Below are positions 1 through 11,561 of a DNA stretch of 64,000 nt, in pieces. The stretch is from Callorhinchus milii (taxonomy: Eukaryota). The notes below the pieces were generated by a model. It did no database searches. It worked only from the letters and a program-made list of their open reading frames with translations, and was not told the DNA's origin. The translations under genes and the position numbers were made by a program. The stretch is taken from assembly GCF_018977255.1 (NCBI RefSeq), contig NW_024704755.1, forward strand, positions 15,748,001-15,812,000, given 5' to 3'. Each line of letters starts with the position of its first letter. The stretch's first letter is position 1.

Positions 1-890
1 TGAGGTCATAAGGCATCCAAACTGTGGGCATGTGTGGAGAAATGCACCTCAAGACAAACATGTGAGTCCATCTTCATGGCAGTTCCACAGATGGGGCATA
101 TGCCGACCTCCTTCCGGAAATTGAGGATAGCAAAATCCCAGTGGATCCAACAGATGGCCAAATTGAGAGTCCCAAAGGTTGTGGGACCATTGTACAAGAT
201 ATAGCAGAGCTCAAAACCAAAGTTTTCCCGAACCGCATCCATAACTACACAAATCATAAGTGTTCATATGAACGAGCAATCCTTGCTCCAAAAAATGAGT
301 CTGCCAGTGAAATCAGTTTCCAGCGACTCAATGCATCCCTGGCCAAGAAATTGTTTACAAGTCCATAGATATTGTTCCTCACATCGAAAATGCTGTCAAC
401 TACCCAAGTGAGTTTTTAAACTCTTTGCAACCATCCGGTATGCCTCCGCACAAACTCATAGCAGCTAAGGAATCTAGATGCACCAAAGCTTTGCAATGGC
501 ACAAGGTAGGTGGTAAACCAGTTGAGGCCACAGGTTGTAGAAGCAACTATTCTGACTGGTCAGTCAAAGGGGAAGAATATATTCATTCCTCGCATCCCAC
601 TGCTCCCAAATGATAGCCAGTTTGAGTTCAAAAGTCTCCAATTCCCTGTTCGAGTGTGCTTTACCATGTCAATTAACAAGGCACAGAGGCAGAGCTTAAA
701 GGTTGCTGGTGTTTTCTTGAATACACCCTGCTCTTCCAATGGATTTTGTATCTTGGATGCTCACGTGTGCATTCACTTCAATACCTGTACATCATGGCCA
801 AAGTAGGAAAAACTGCAAATATATACACGGAAGCCTTGCAATAACTCGAGTATCCGTCAGATCGCACAGTAAACCCCCTCAATTAGTGTA
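1..890 (+). mobile_element. Helitron remnant (Pif1-like helicase C-terminal part, frameshifted), copy A
   Basis: Translated pieces ERAILAPKN, YPSEFLNSLQPSGMPPHKL, VEATILTG..KGKNIFIPRIPL and QFPVRVCFTMSINKAQRQSL match Helitron RepHel helicase motifs; broken across frames. Confidence 0.85.
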
Positions 891-1059
891 GCTTTCATAG
901 GAACTTCTATCGTTGATGAGCTATGACCCAAACAAGCTCATTGCACATGTATGGTAGTTTTGCTTAAGTTGCACACACAGTGTTTATGGGATGTTAGATG
1001 GTTTGTGAGTGGTATCACTGAAATCTACATTCAATATTGGATCCTTTGGTTGCAAGGAT

Positions 1060-1300
1060 AATAATCCTTGCATTTGGTATAATGCCTTTCTGGTTGGGAG
1101 GATGTCCCAAAGCACTACACATGATTATTGCAAAGTGTAGTGACTGTATTTGTAGACAAACACAGAAGCCCAATTACTCCCAGCTACGTCCCACAAACCA
1201 GCATGAAAGGTATGACCAGTTTTAATTTGAGGGATTGTTGGCCAGGACACTGTGCAAACCTTCCTTCTCTTTTAAAGTATGCCTTTGGATCTTTAATGAC
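1060..1300 (-). mobile_element. SINE 3' fragment (L2-like tail)
   Basis: Reverse complement of the ...gctttgggacatcctccc...aaaggcattatac-caaatgcaaggattatt tail. Confidence 0.6.
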
Positions 1301-1305
1301 CAGAT

Positions 1306-1683
1306 TGCTGTAGCTCAGCAGAGTCCTATAGCACAATCATCAACGCACTGGACTCGCAAGCCAGAGACCTGGGTTCTATTCCCGGCAGGGCAAAATGTTG
1401 GGCAAGATTGCTTACTCCACACACCGCTGCTTACGTAGCAGTAAGCAGGAACCTCGTTGTTAGTCAATTGACGGATGGCTTTTCCGGGGATTATAATCTT
1501 CTCTAAAAAAATATAAATTGGTCACTCAATCCACAACTGTTTGTGGAACACTGCAGTGCGCAATTGGCTGCCACGTTTTGCCCACAAATATAAAGTCAAT
1601 TCATTTTACAGTATATTTTGTGAAACATTTTGAGACATCTAGAAGACATGAAAAGACATGCAAGAATATTATTATATTATTAT
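1306..1683 (+). mobile_element. tRNA-derived SINE
   Basis: tRNA-like head, central ctgtttgtgg-acactgc..caattggctgcc core, L2-like tail ending in (ATT)n. Confidence 0.8.
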
Positions 1684-2499
1684 CTTGTTTAACATCTCAT
1701 CCTAAAGACCACACCTTTGACAATGCATCATACCCCCAACACCGCATTGGAATGTCAATGTAGACTATGTGAGTTCAAGAATGTGCACAATGTGTGAAGA
1801 AGTGAAATTGAGAAATGGAGAGCAACAAATACTCTGAATGGGAATAAGTATTGCATAATTTTAGAGAGGACAGTAATATTGTTCACCTCCAAATGCTTTT
1901 GCACTGCGTCTGGATTTCATGGTTTGGATATTCTGTCCTCGGTTTTACCAGCGGATGTAAATTATCCAGCTACTCTGGCCCGCTGCCACTCTAAGGATTT
2001 CACCACAACAAAATGTACCTATTGCTGCACTTAGACATGTTAATTATGTCAAGTAATCAATACGAAGATAGCTTTGCAATGGTACAAACTTCTATTTTCA
2101 GGTGACAAGGTTAAATTGCATTGCCCATTGTATTTTGACAATGTAAAGTCCCTGTAAAACTACTTTTCAATGATAAGTGTCTTATACATTTTAGATTTAA
2201 TGGAGGAAATCACATTTGTATTACTTATCTTAAATTCCACCCAATGAAACATTAAATTAAGTTGATGTTTGTCATTTTGACTTCTTTAGTGTTTCACACA
2301 GTCAATCTTCTTTGATGGGAAAACATTCCATTGTATATGACCATCTGATATTAGTTAATCAGTTACAAGATAATGGACAGGAGGGTTCTTCTGGAGGAAC
2401 TTGTTCCTGGCACTTAATAATACTCCTGGATGCTGCAGTTATCCCAGGTAGACTAATGCAAGATTCAAAACAGTGTACATCAGTAAAGATACGGCAAGA

Positions 2500-2690
2500 T
2501 TTTGGTGTTTATTTAAGACAACGTTTAACATTCATCTTTACGGCTAAACTACACAAACCTAGTCATCATTTAAGTAGACATTTTCCTCCACAAATCCCAC
2601 CCAACAAAAAAGTTAATCGTTCTGAACGAAGAGGCGAAAGTCAAACTCCACTACCCCAACTTTAATTGTAAGAAACTACAAAGCCTTTTA
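2500..2690 (+). promoter_or_regulatory. Orphan copy of the G2 proximal promoter, with no leader exon after it
   Basis: caaatcccacccaac..gttaatcg..gaggcg.aagtcaaac..ttaattgtaagaaactacaaagcctt matches 19810-19910; cut off by a CR1 tail. Confidence 0.6.
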
Positions 2691-2770
2691 CAGAGAGTGG
2701 AGTGGGATTGAATTAGATAGCTCTTTTCAAAGGGCCGGCACAGACACGATGGGCTGAATGGCCTCCTTCT
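2690..2770 (+). mobile_element. CR1 LINE 3' end fragment
   Basis: gagtgggattgaattagatagctcttttcaaagggccggcacagacacgatgggctgaatggcctccttct, like 15430-15510. Confidence 0.7.
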
Positions 2771-2965
2771 TTCACACACATACTCTCTCCTCTCTCTCTG
2801 TCTACCCTTCTGTCTACCCATCTCTCTCCCCTCACTCCCTCATACCTCTCTTTCTCCCGCCTTCTCTCCCACCTCTCTCTCTCCCCCTCAATCTCCCCCT
2901 CTCTCTGTTTCTCTCACCCTTCTCCCTTACAATCACTCCCTCTATCTCAAACTCTCGCCCTCTCA
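2770..2965 (+). repeat. CT-rich low-complexity tract
   Basis: Nearly pure C/T. Confidence 0.85.
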
Positions 2966-3439
2966 CACTACTGAAAATTCTCTGTGGAGCGAGGGGAGGG
3001 GGGTGGGGACCTCCTGATCTCCCTCTTTGCTCCCTTGCTAATTGCTTTAAATTGATGCACTCTTGTCACTCATGCATCCATCTTACCTACTCCCTGGTGT
3101 GGCCAACCAGGTCAGTTTCATGCATTCTCATCACTGAATCAGAAATGCTGTGAGTTCAATTCCCTCATTAGATTTACAGCCCATATGGTAATCTGACGCA
3201 CCACTGCAATGCTGGAGTGCTCTAACACCAACAAGAACAAATTATATCGATATTGCACCATTTTAGGTGGGAAGGACATCCCAAGCCGCTGGAGAGTCAA
3301 GGGTATGCACTCGAGTTGGGAGTTTGATTTGGGAGAAGTGGGTCAAGGATTTTGGGGGTGGAAAGATGACCTTATATACATGTAAATGAATGTTATATAA
3401 ATGTTAATGACCTGATTCTCACACAAAAGATAAGGAAGA

Positions 3440-4010
3440 TAAATTTGATAGGGTATGTACATGGGTTGATAAGTGGCAAATGAAGTTCCATACAGATAAA
3501 TGCAAGCTACAACATATAGCAAGTAAGAAAAAAATATGCACTCTATATATATTTAAGCTATATTGTGTGCTGGTCAGGCCTCATATGGAGACTGCACAGA
3601 TCTCTAGTCACCAAAACATTAAAGGGCTTCCCAAACACGTGAAGCTACACTGAGGAGAGCAACAAAGATAATCTTCAGTGTTAGAAGAATGAGCTATGAA
3701 CAATGATAAGGAAAGTCAGTACTCTTCAGGCTTGAGAGAATAATCTCCAAGGGGAGCTTGTAGAGGTGTATACAATTTTAAATGGGATTGAAAAAGTAAA
3801 TCCAGAACAATACTTTCGGATGCACCAAAACAGTAGAACAAAAAAAAATAGGTTTAGAGTTGCAAAATACAATTTTAGGACCAATACCACCAAATTTCTC
3901 TTTACCCAGAGAAAAGGGTGGTGGAGGGCAGGTCGTGGTATTAATTTGGAAAACAGCCTAAAGGTGTGATGGGAGGTCAGGGGGAATGCTGTTCTGCAAG
4001 AATGAGAACA
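3440..4010 (+). mobile_element. Old CR1 ORF2 3' fragment
   Basis: Degenerate DKWQMKF..DKC, LVRPH.E and VYTILNGIEKVNPEQYF..FRTNTTKFLFTQR, typical of CR1 ORF2 ends. Confidence 0.7.
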
Positions 4011-4189
4011 GATGAGCTAAAGGATTAATTTTTGACACGAAATGCGACTCCTGGAGTTTGGACTAAGAGTAGTTCCCTTTGATAACTGTAGGAACAATGA
4101 CATCATGTTATATTCAGATACAATTTCAACTTTGCTGCCTATATAATAAGTGACAGTAATCAACTTTTAAGTTCACAATTGTCTTTGCA

Positions 4190-4270
4190 AAACCCCACAA
4201 AACATTGAGAGCCAATCATCTGACCTGACAGAGGCAGGAAGTCAGTCATCACTCCTTACATATAAAATCT
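4190..4270 (+). promoter_or_regulatory. G1 proximal promoter (CCAAT, ETS-like, TATA)
   Basis: gccaatc at 4211, caggaagt at 4235-4242, tataaaa at 4261-4267, ~70 nt before the ATG at 4331. Confidence 0.6.
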
Positions 4271-4330
4271 TAAACAACTATAATTACTTACTGCAGACCA
4301 GCAGAGTACAATCATTAATCTCAGTACGAG

Positions 4331-4391
4331 ATGACAATGTTGGCGAGTCTTGTGTTTCAGGGTGCATGTCTATTGGTGTTGATTTCCACAG
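4331..4391 (+). CDS. G1 exon 1, signal peptide (MTMLASLVFQGACLLVLIST)
   Basis: ATG, hydrophobic stretch, phase-1 donor g|gtgtat; homologous to the other leaders. Confidence 0.85.
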
Positions 4392-4544
4392 GTGTATATT
4401 CCTTCTTTACCCCAATTTGCCAAAAAGGGACATAGATTTCATAATTTTTTTGTGGATAGAATAAATCTGTGTCTTGCTCTGTGAATTACTTTGTCTCTTG
4501 CTGTAATTCTTTTTCTAATTAGCATTTGAATTTATTTCTGATAG

Positions 4545-4865
4545 TTGTTGACGATAGACTGATCAGAGTGACCCAACAGCCCGACCATGTGGAGGCAATT
4601 AGAGGCACTAACGTTACCTTCCATTGTATGTTTCCTGATGCCCAATCCAATTCGCGTATAAAAGTGTACTGGTGGAAGCTGGAAGACAATGGAAACCTGC
4701 AAGTGCAGCCGGATAAAAGAAAACTGTTTGGGTTCGACAGTGACCAAAAGAGCTTTTTTCAGCTCCTAAATGTGAGTCTCCAAGACTCTGGTGTGTATCT
4801 GTGTGTTCTCTCGCTTCAGGGGCAAATAGCAGGCAGTGGACGTGGATCACATCTGGTTGTACTCG
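4545..4865 (+). CDS. G1 exon 2, VJ-type Ig V domain
   Basis: ag acceptor, FHC, YWW, DSGVYLC, GSGRGSHLVV; 321 nt, phase 1-1, donor gtaagt. Confidence 0.93.
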
Positions 4866-5153
4866 GTAAGTCCTGTTTCAGTGGAGAACGGAAATATTCC
4901 AAATTAGATATTGTGATAAAAATTCTGAAAAAGTGTGAAGGGAGTTTTCATTAATTAAGAATATGAAACAGTTATTTTAAATTTTTATCCTTTAAAATAT
5001 ATCCTCCTGGGGGCAGGTGGGCTCTGTTCGGAGCTGAACTAGCTCCAGCATGAAATGTTTAGCAATAGAATATCTGAATCAAGATAAACCTCTGCAATGG
5101 TATCGGTAGTCTGGCTCTTGAGCCCGACGGGTCTGCAGTATTCTGGGGCACTG

Positions 5154-5720
5154 CTGATAATAATAATATTAATAATTCTTGCATTTGATATAGCGCTTTT
5201 CACGTCTTCTACACATCTCAAAGCGCTTCACAGAATATGCTGTCAAGTGAATTGACTGTATATTTGTGGGCGAAACGAGGCAGCCAATTGCACACAGCAG
5301 TGTCCCACAAACAGTCGTGGATTGAAAATGACCAATTTATTATTGTTTTTGTCTTTGGAGGCATTATGACCGCCCAGCCTGCCTGACTCATCAGTTGGAC
5401 TGGGAGAGGCAAGCGAGTCACTACGGGCAGGGAATCTAACCATTTAACTTCTGTTAATGCTACAAGCCAAAGCCCTGATGGGTACAGTTGTGTCACGTAG
5501 CTCATGCACTCTTATAATAATAATAAAATTATCCTTGCATTTGATATAGCGCTTTTTACGTCTTCTTGACATCTGGAAGCGCTTCACAGAATTGACTGTA
5601 AAGTGAATTGACTGTTTATTCGTGGGCAATTTGCTACATGTAATAGCAAATCTTAGTTGTATTATTCTTACATGTTTGGAAAGCGCATGCTTGCCCAGGA
5701 ATGTCAGGGAATGCGGCATT
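5154..5720 (-). mobile_element. Two tandem tRNA-SINE copies (one 5'-degenerate, one partial) in G1 intron 2
   Basis: Two (AAT)n-cttgcatttgatatagcgc tails at ~5160 and ~5520 plus the core sequence. Confidence 0.75.
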
Positions 5721-6500
5721 GCCAGAATTGCCTTTATTCGGATAAGATCAAGATTCCGTCTGCCATTTCAGATTAACGTTCAAAAAAATGACACTTTTTG
5801 AAACGAGAAGAGTTTCTCCTAGTGTAATAATGAACTCATTTACAATTTTACGTAGATTTTAAAAAACCTTTGTGATGTTAACATACCAAGGACCTATATC
5901 AAATGCAAGGATTTTTTTTAGAGATTTGTTTAGACCATTTCAAACTCCAAATTATTGGAGTTTAATTTTAATTTCAGTCCTAAATTAAATGCATTTAGTT
6001 AAATATTTTTTCAGTAATGAACTATTTCTTAATTTTACCGAGGAGGAATACAATAGAGCATATCAGCACTGGCTATATTGCTGTTGTGATCGTCTATGTG
6101 TCAGGAACATTATTTTCTTCAAGTTTTTTTTCCTCCAGTTCCATGTAGGGAAAAAAATGAAAAGATTCAATTTGTATTAATGGGGAGATGCAATTGGAAT
6201 TGTGTTAAACAATATTTTATTGAGTGGAGATTGAAACATTCGATGACAATGTGTGCTAGCTTTTCATGGTACTTATTTACTTTTGGGGGGATTTGTAGTG
6301 ATAAAGAATGTTTCCGATGACGCTTTTATAGTTGTTATTGATGGCGAACAAATCAATGTTAGACCTAAAGATTTTTTTAAGTACTAAGCAAATAAACCAG
6401 AATCAAAATGTAGTGAATGGAATGCTATACAAATCACAAAAGTTTAATCTCCACCAACTGAATGTAGGTTTGTTATTCTGCTGTACTGTTTGTTCTGCAG

Positions 6501-6812
6501 TTCCTCCAACTCCATTGAAGATTTTCTCCAAAGATCCTAAAATAGGTTCACCAGCGCCTCTGACTCTTGTGTGTGAAACAACTGCATTTTATCCAGAGAA
6601 TCTTAACTTCACTTGGTATAAAAATGGCACCAAAATTACATCTGGAATAAATATCACTAAACAGCAGAATGCAGAGGGATTGTATGAAGCTTCAAGCTTT
6701 GTGGAAGAGAACAAGCCTATCCAAAGTGGGGTTGATTATATCTGTGAGGTTTCTCACATCAGCCTTCGGATTCCAGAAATTGCCAACTACACAGTTCAGT
6801 GTTCTAAAACAG
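6501..6812 (+). CDS. G1 exon 3, Ig C1-set domain
   Basis: LVCETTAFYPENLNFTWYKNG..GLYEASS..YICEVSHISL; 312 nt, phase 1-1. Confidence 0.93.
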
Positions 6813-7153
6813 GTAGGACGCCAACAACCTTACTGTCAATTAATCTTTATTTTTTCACAAGAATATTTCCTACTATTAATTACAGAAAATGGTAACGTCC
6901 AATCATACATATGTTTTTCTATCAAATAAACTTAGCAATATAACCCCTGAAGCATTGTGAGACTTGTTCCTGATGTGAAAGGCACAATATTCAATGGTTA
7001 TTATTATTATTTACTATTATGTCTCTTTAATTGGGTATCAACAACAAATTACATTTGAAAAGCATCTTTCATAATCATTGGCATATTCTGCTTATAACAC
7101 TAAATGGTGTGAAGTAATGCTGTTTTACCTCTTCATTTGTATTGTTGTTATAG

Positions 7154-7258
7154 GAAATAATACTCAGTCCCATCATATGCTAATATCTAGATCTGCAGCA
7201 TTGACCGTTTTCGTGCCTTTAATCATTGGAATATCATGTCGATTAATGAAAGGGAAAG
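7154..7258 (+). CDS. G1 exon 4, stalk + TM (GNNTQSHHMLISRSAALTVFVPLIIGISCRLMKGK)
   Basis: tag|ga acceptor, g|gtaaga donor, phase 1-1, hydrophobic core then basic stop-transfer residues. Confidence 0.85.
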
Positions 7259-7983
7259 GTAAGACACATTCAGGTTTTATTCAGGCTTAGATTCTAGTTT
7301 TATTCTAATGTTAATACTTCAATGAGTAAATTAACGGGTCACTGGGTGGCATGGCCATTAAAGCGGTTTAAATGATAAAGAGTAAAGCAATGTGATTATT
7401 TTTTACTGGAATTTACATCAAATTTAAAAATGCAGAACACCAAACTGTGAATATAATTAGATGTTTGTTTACAGCAGAAGTTTAGGCTTGACAGCAAATG
7501 GCTCAAATCTTCTCATATCTATAAGTATCGGCAGAAATGTGAGCATAGAAATGTTAGAATTGATGTCAAACATGTCTTGTGTATGGAAGGATACACCAAC
7601 AGTGATGGGTGTAAATATTGCAGAACATTCTAGCAAAATGTGACATTAAAGATGTTTTTTAATCAAAACAAAACTGAACCAAGACACAGAGAGAAGGAAA
7701 CCAGGTTGGAAGGAGAGACAGAAAGAGATCATGATCGGTTTAAGTCGATGCGCTCTTATTGTGCTCATTGTTCTCTCATAGTTCTTTTCATGGTTCAGCT
7801 TGTAGCACATGACATGTGTCCAAATAGTTCTCTTTCTTGATTCGGAGCACTGGGTATGTAGCATAGATGGTTATTTTTGGTCATTTGTGTAATGCAGGAC
7901 CAAGCAGTGAGATGAATATTTTAGTTGCAGATACAAAGGATTAACAACAGGCAAGTCTATTTACTGATGCCCCTGGCATGAAG

Positions 7984-8400
7984 ACAACAACAACAATTTG
8001 CACTTATATAGCGACCTCCACGCAGGGTAGCATCTCAGAGCGCGTAACAGTGGCGGAGCCTGTCTCTGAGCCGGAGGTTGGGGTGGGAGAGGTGGATGGT
8101 CATCAGCATGGTCGAAGAGGAAGGTTTTCAGGCAGGACTTGAAAAAGGGGAGAGAGGGGGCAAGGTGGAGGGACTGAGGAAGAGCGTTCCAGAGTTTAGT
8201 GCAAAATGGCTGAAACCGCGACCTCCGATAGTGGCGTGGAAGGTGCGAGGGACGAGCAGGAGATTGGTGCCCGTCGAACGAAGGTACCGGGTTCTGGATT
8301 GGGGTGTTCGGAGGTCGGAGAAGTAGGGAGATACCTGAGAGTGAAGGGATTTGAACATGAGTGTGAGGATCCTGATTAAGTAATTTGGTTTTGAGTAAGT
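7984..8400 (-). mobile_element. L2-type LINE 3' fragment
   Basis: Minus-strand ILTLMFKSLH..PYFSDL..RYLRSTGTNLLLVPRT, with (TTG)n tail. Confidence 0.75.
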
Positions 8401-8959
8401 CAAGTGCAAATCGTTGCCACTAATTTCCCAACACAAACTTTGAAGTGCCTAAGCCTCCGCTATGGTCAAACTGCACCTAATGCTTTCCAGCATCTCTTCA
8501 GGGAAGAGGGCAAGTGTTTACATACAAAATACAGTCAATCCACTTTGCAGTGTATCCTCTGAAGCACATTGTGACATCCCTTGATGTCAAAGGAAAGCAC
8601 TATTATTCCATTCCATTTCCATGTGTATGGTATACATAAGTGGAACTCGCAGTCTGATTTGGATACTTTTTAGGTTGGTGATGTGTTTCTCCACATGTCA
8701 GATACAAGGCCCACCAAAAATATGATCCCTAGGTTATTGTACGTTTAATTATTGTTGTACTAAATTATTGTATATTTAATTATGAGGGAAGATTGATGCT
8801 GGCCTTAGCGTGCAGCAGTAAGCTTTTATATTTTATAAATCGTCCCAGAAAGCTCTTGGGCATCCAAATCATTTGCGTTCATTCTATCTGTTTTCTTCGG
8901 AATATAGACAACGTAGAAATTGAATAAACATTTCACTTTTTGAATTTCTTTCATTTCAG

Positions 8960-9003
8960 GTTTACACAGAAAGCTGAATGGTTGTGACATTTGTGGAGAT
9001 CAG
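8960..9003 (+). CDS. G1 exon 5, 44-nt cytoplasmic micro-exon (GLHRKLNGCDICGDQ)
   Basis: ttcag|gt..cag|gtaaag, phase 1-0; same length and start as G6 56247-56290. Confidence 0.8.
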
Positions 9004-9403
9004 GTAAAGTACAGAAGTAATTAGAGAAGATGTTTCCATGTTATAATGGAATAAGATCCTCTGTTATAATGTCATCAGAATATTATGAACAGGGACTGGA
9101 TATTCAAACCATTCTTAACATCGAATGCTGCATTTACCCTCTTCCATTTGTTATAATCCTTTGCCCCTTCACTGTGTCATTCAAATTTTTCTATAAGCTA
9201 TTCATATGCTTAATATATGGCACATGGTGCAATGCAGCAGTGTTGCATAAATCTGTGTAAAACATTGCAAGTGATATGTTAAATATTCAAAACATGGCAG
9301 ATGATGTTTATTTCTATCACATGGCTTTCTGCATCGGGTTACCAGCAGTGGAGACCAGCGAATACGAGGAACCAACCAAGTAACCTCACACTGTGTTTTG
9401 CAG

Positions 9404-9514
9404 AAAGTCCATGAAGCAATGTCTGAGACGGTGGGATATGTCCCATCTGATTTGAATTGTTCAAACAAGACCTCGAGAACATGATATCCACAGGAAATTG
9501 GAGTATGTGCCAAG
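9404..9514 (+). pseudogene. G1 motif exon A, disabled (in-frame TGA at 9482; motifs degenerate)
   Basis: 111 nt, phase 0-0; KVHEAMSETVGYVPSDLNCSNKTSRT*YPQEIGVCAK aligns without gaps to G6 exon A. Confidence 0.8.
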
Positions 9515-9660
9515 GTATACAAAATCCTGATACAGAGCCATTATAACTAATATGATATCTTGCTATATTAAATACAATTGCACTGACATTTATTCTTTAG
9601 GGTAAGCTTGTTTGTGTAATGCGATAGTTTTCCTCCTTCTATATTTCATCCTCTCCTCAG

Positions 9661-9846
9661 GTGCTTGTCTGGACTCGGTTACGTTTGCAAAGTAGTGTCC
9701 AAATAGTCCAAATAGTTATTCCTCGTGTGGCAGCCTCGCCAGTGAATGTAGCAAAATATGTGATGCTGGAGAGATCACCAATGGAACGTGTCCACAGCGA
9801 GAATAACACACCACTCCCCAGGGAATTAGCACTGACCACAAACTAA
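9661..9846 (+). CDS. Possible alternative terminal exon of G1
   Basis: Strong polypyrimidine ctctcctcag acceptor, open 61 codons in phase 0; no clear paralog. Confidence 0.3.
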   Translation: MLVWTRLRLQSSVQIVQIVIPRVAASPVNVAKYVMLERSPMERVHSENNTPLPRELALTTN

Positions 9847-10035
9847 GAGATACCAAGTCTAATTGCATTGATCCCCGCCAACTGTAATCGCTGGCTTTAT
9901 ATGTCTGAGTTCAGCATTAAGTGATGCTTTACCAGATGAGAAACAGGATCTGAAGATTCAAATAGTTACTTTTGGAGATTTCTAAATGCTGACGAAATGA
10001 ATTAGTAACTGAAGTCTCAATCATTACCTTTACAG

Positions 10036-10209
10036 ACCAAACAAGTGGCAGACGGTAACGTGCTGACGTATGCAAATTTGAACCTGTCTGGCTCCAAAAC
10101 AAAGGGAAAGGGAAATCCGAAATGCAGTGACACAAAAACAGAGTATGCCCAGATACACGTGAGAAACCATAGAGCAGCAGATCAGACCACCTACAGGAAT
10201 CAACATTAG
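10036..10209 (+). CDS. G1 motif exon B with ITIM (LTYANL) and ITSM (TEYAQI)
   Basis: tttacag acceptor; TKQVADGNVLTYANLNLSGSKTKGKGNPKCSDTKTEYAQIHVRNHRAADQTTYRNQH*; homologous to G6 58139; internal donor cac|gtgaga at 10159 possible. Confidence 0.82.
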   Translation, partial: TKQVADGNVLTYANLNLSGSKTKGKGNPKCSDTKTEYAQIHVRNHRAADQTTYRNQH

Positions 10210-10319
10210 CATAATGCTGCAAATAGAGGCTGACAGCTGATTGCTGTATGTTGGTATTGGTCTGTGATGCAGAGAAAATTGCATATCAGGCCTGTTTTGC
10301 TATTCTATTAAACATATCT

Positions 10320-10790
10320 CAAATATATCTGTACTTATTTGTGTCTTTACCTTTTCTGCCCATGGTCACCCAGCCCCCATTCCCCAGAGGAGTTCCAGAT
10401 ACTTCTCCTCTATTTTAAATCTCTCCACTGTCATGCCCATCCTACCTCTGCAACCTTCGTCAACCCTAAAAATCCACCCTTCCCTCTGTTCAGCGAGCAC
10501 TGACCTGCTTCACATTCCCTGTCACACCATCAGCAGTCAGGCTGCTCACCCTCTCTGAAACTCCAACCTGAAGCCCATTTGCCTTGTGCCATTTGCCTTC
10601 TCTCACCTCATTCAAGGTCCATCTCAAGACTTCCTCTTCGATCGGGCCTTCGGTCATCTAACCCCACACTTTCATCGGGAGCAATCCCTCCTGAATCTAA
10701 CCCCTAGCTCTGCCGCAAATCCTTGACTGTTCAATGCCTTGGGACATCTCGCCAACTTGAAAAGTTCTATATAAATGCTAGTTGTTGTTG
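10320..10790 (+). mobile_element. Degenerate L2-type 3' fragment
   Basis: C/T-rich L2 3' region ending aaatgctagttgttgttg. Confidence 0.6.
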
Positions 10791-11029
10791 CTGTTGATTT
10801 TTTTTTAAAAAAGCAAGTATATATTGCTGATTAGAGCAATATTACGCTGCTTCATCGCTAAAATAAAAGCACCATGTCTAATCCTAACTTTAGTCTTTAA
10901 ATCTAAGTATGAATGATTTAACCAAAAATAACTGATAAACCACAAAACAAATACCAATAAAACTATGTAATCTGTTTGAAAGAGATTGGAATAACTGTTC
11001 AACTTTTCAATCACCTATTTAATAAAGAA

Positions 11030-11300
11030 TAATAATCCTTGCATTTGATGTAGTGCCTTATCACATCGTCCAGACATCTCAAAGCATTTCGCAGGATTCT
11101 GTAAAATGGTGTGCCTCTATTCTGTGGGTGAAAGTACCACCAATCTGGGCACAATAATGTCCCACAATCATGGAGTTAGTGACTGATTCTATTTGGAGAA
11201 ATCTCCATTCTCTATTCCAATAGTGCCATGGAATCTTTAGGGTCCACTTAAACAGGTAGACGGGACCTCGGTTTAATGTCTCATCCAAAAAGCGATCATA
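11030..11300 (-). mobile_element. LF-SINE/Deu-like SINE
   Basis: Minus strand gatgagacattaaaccgaggtcccgtctacctgtttaagtgga..ccatggcacta resembles the LF-SINE core (from memory). Confidence 0.55.
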
Positions 11301-11561
11301 ATTCATAAAACATATTTTGCGCTTTCAAACACTTCAACCCTAAAATAGTAACAAAGTATTACGTAACATAAGTTAGCTTCAGACTTTGTTAATACAATTA
11401 ATCGCAATCAGCGATAAGCTTAAACAGTGGGCGTTCCAAAGGTCATGAATTTGCTATAGCATAATTTCTAAAAGTGCTATTTTTGCTGTGCTTGCAAGTG
11501 ACGTATATAATTCCACTGCAACCGTCTCGCTGCATGTGATTAAATATGGAACATGATTTGT

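Larger units (their letters stand above)
1..2690 (+). repeat. Segmental duplicate of ~16703-19905 (Helitron + SINEs + G2-type promoter)
   Basis: Continuous colinear similarity by eye; left end runs off the window. Confidence 0.9.

Noticed and set aside
2985-3012. G-rich run, possible G-quadruplex
   Set aside because: Only three separated G-tracts; not canonical
5730-5755. gccttt..ggataagatcaag resembling the U2 snRNA 5' end
   Set aside because: Only a short, interrupted match with no continuation
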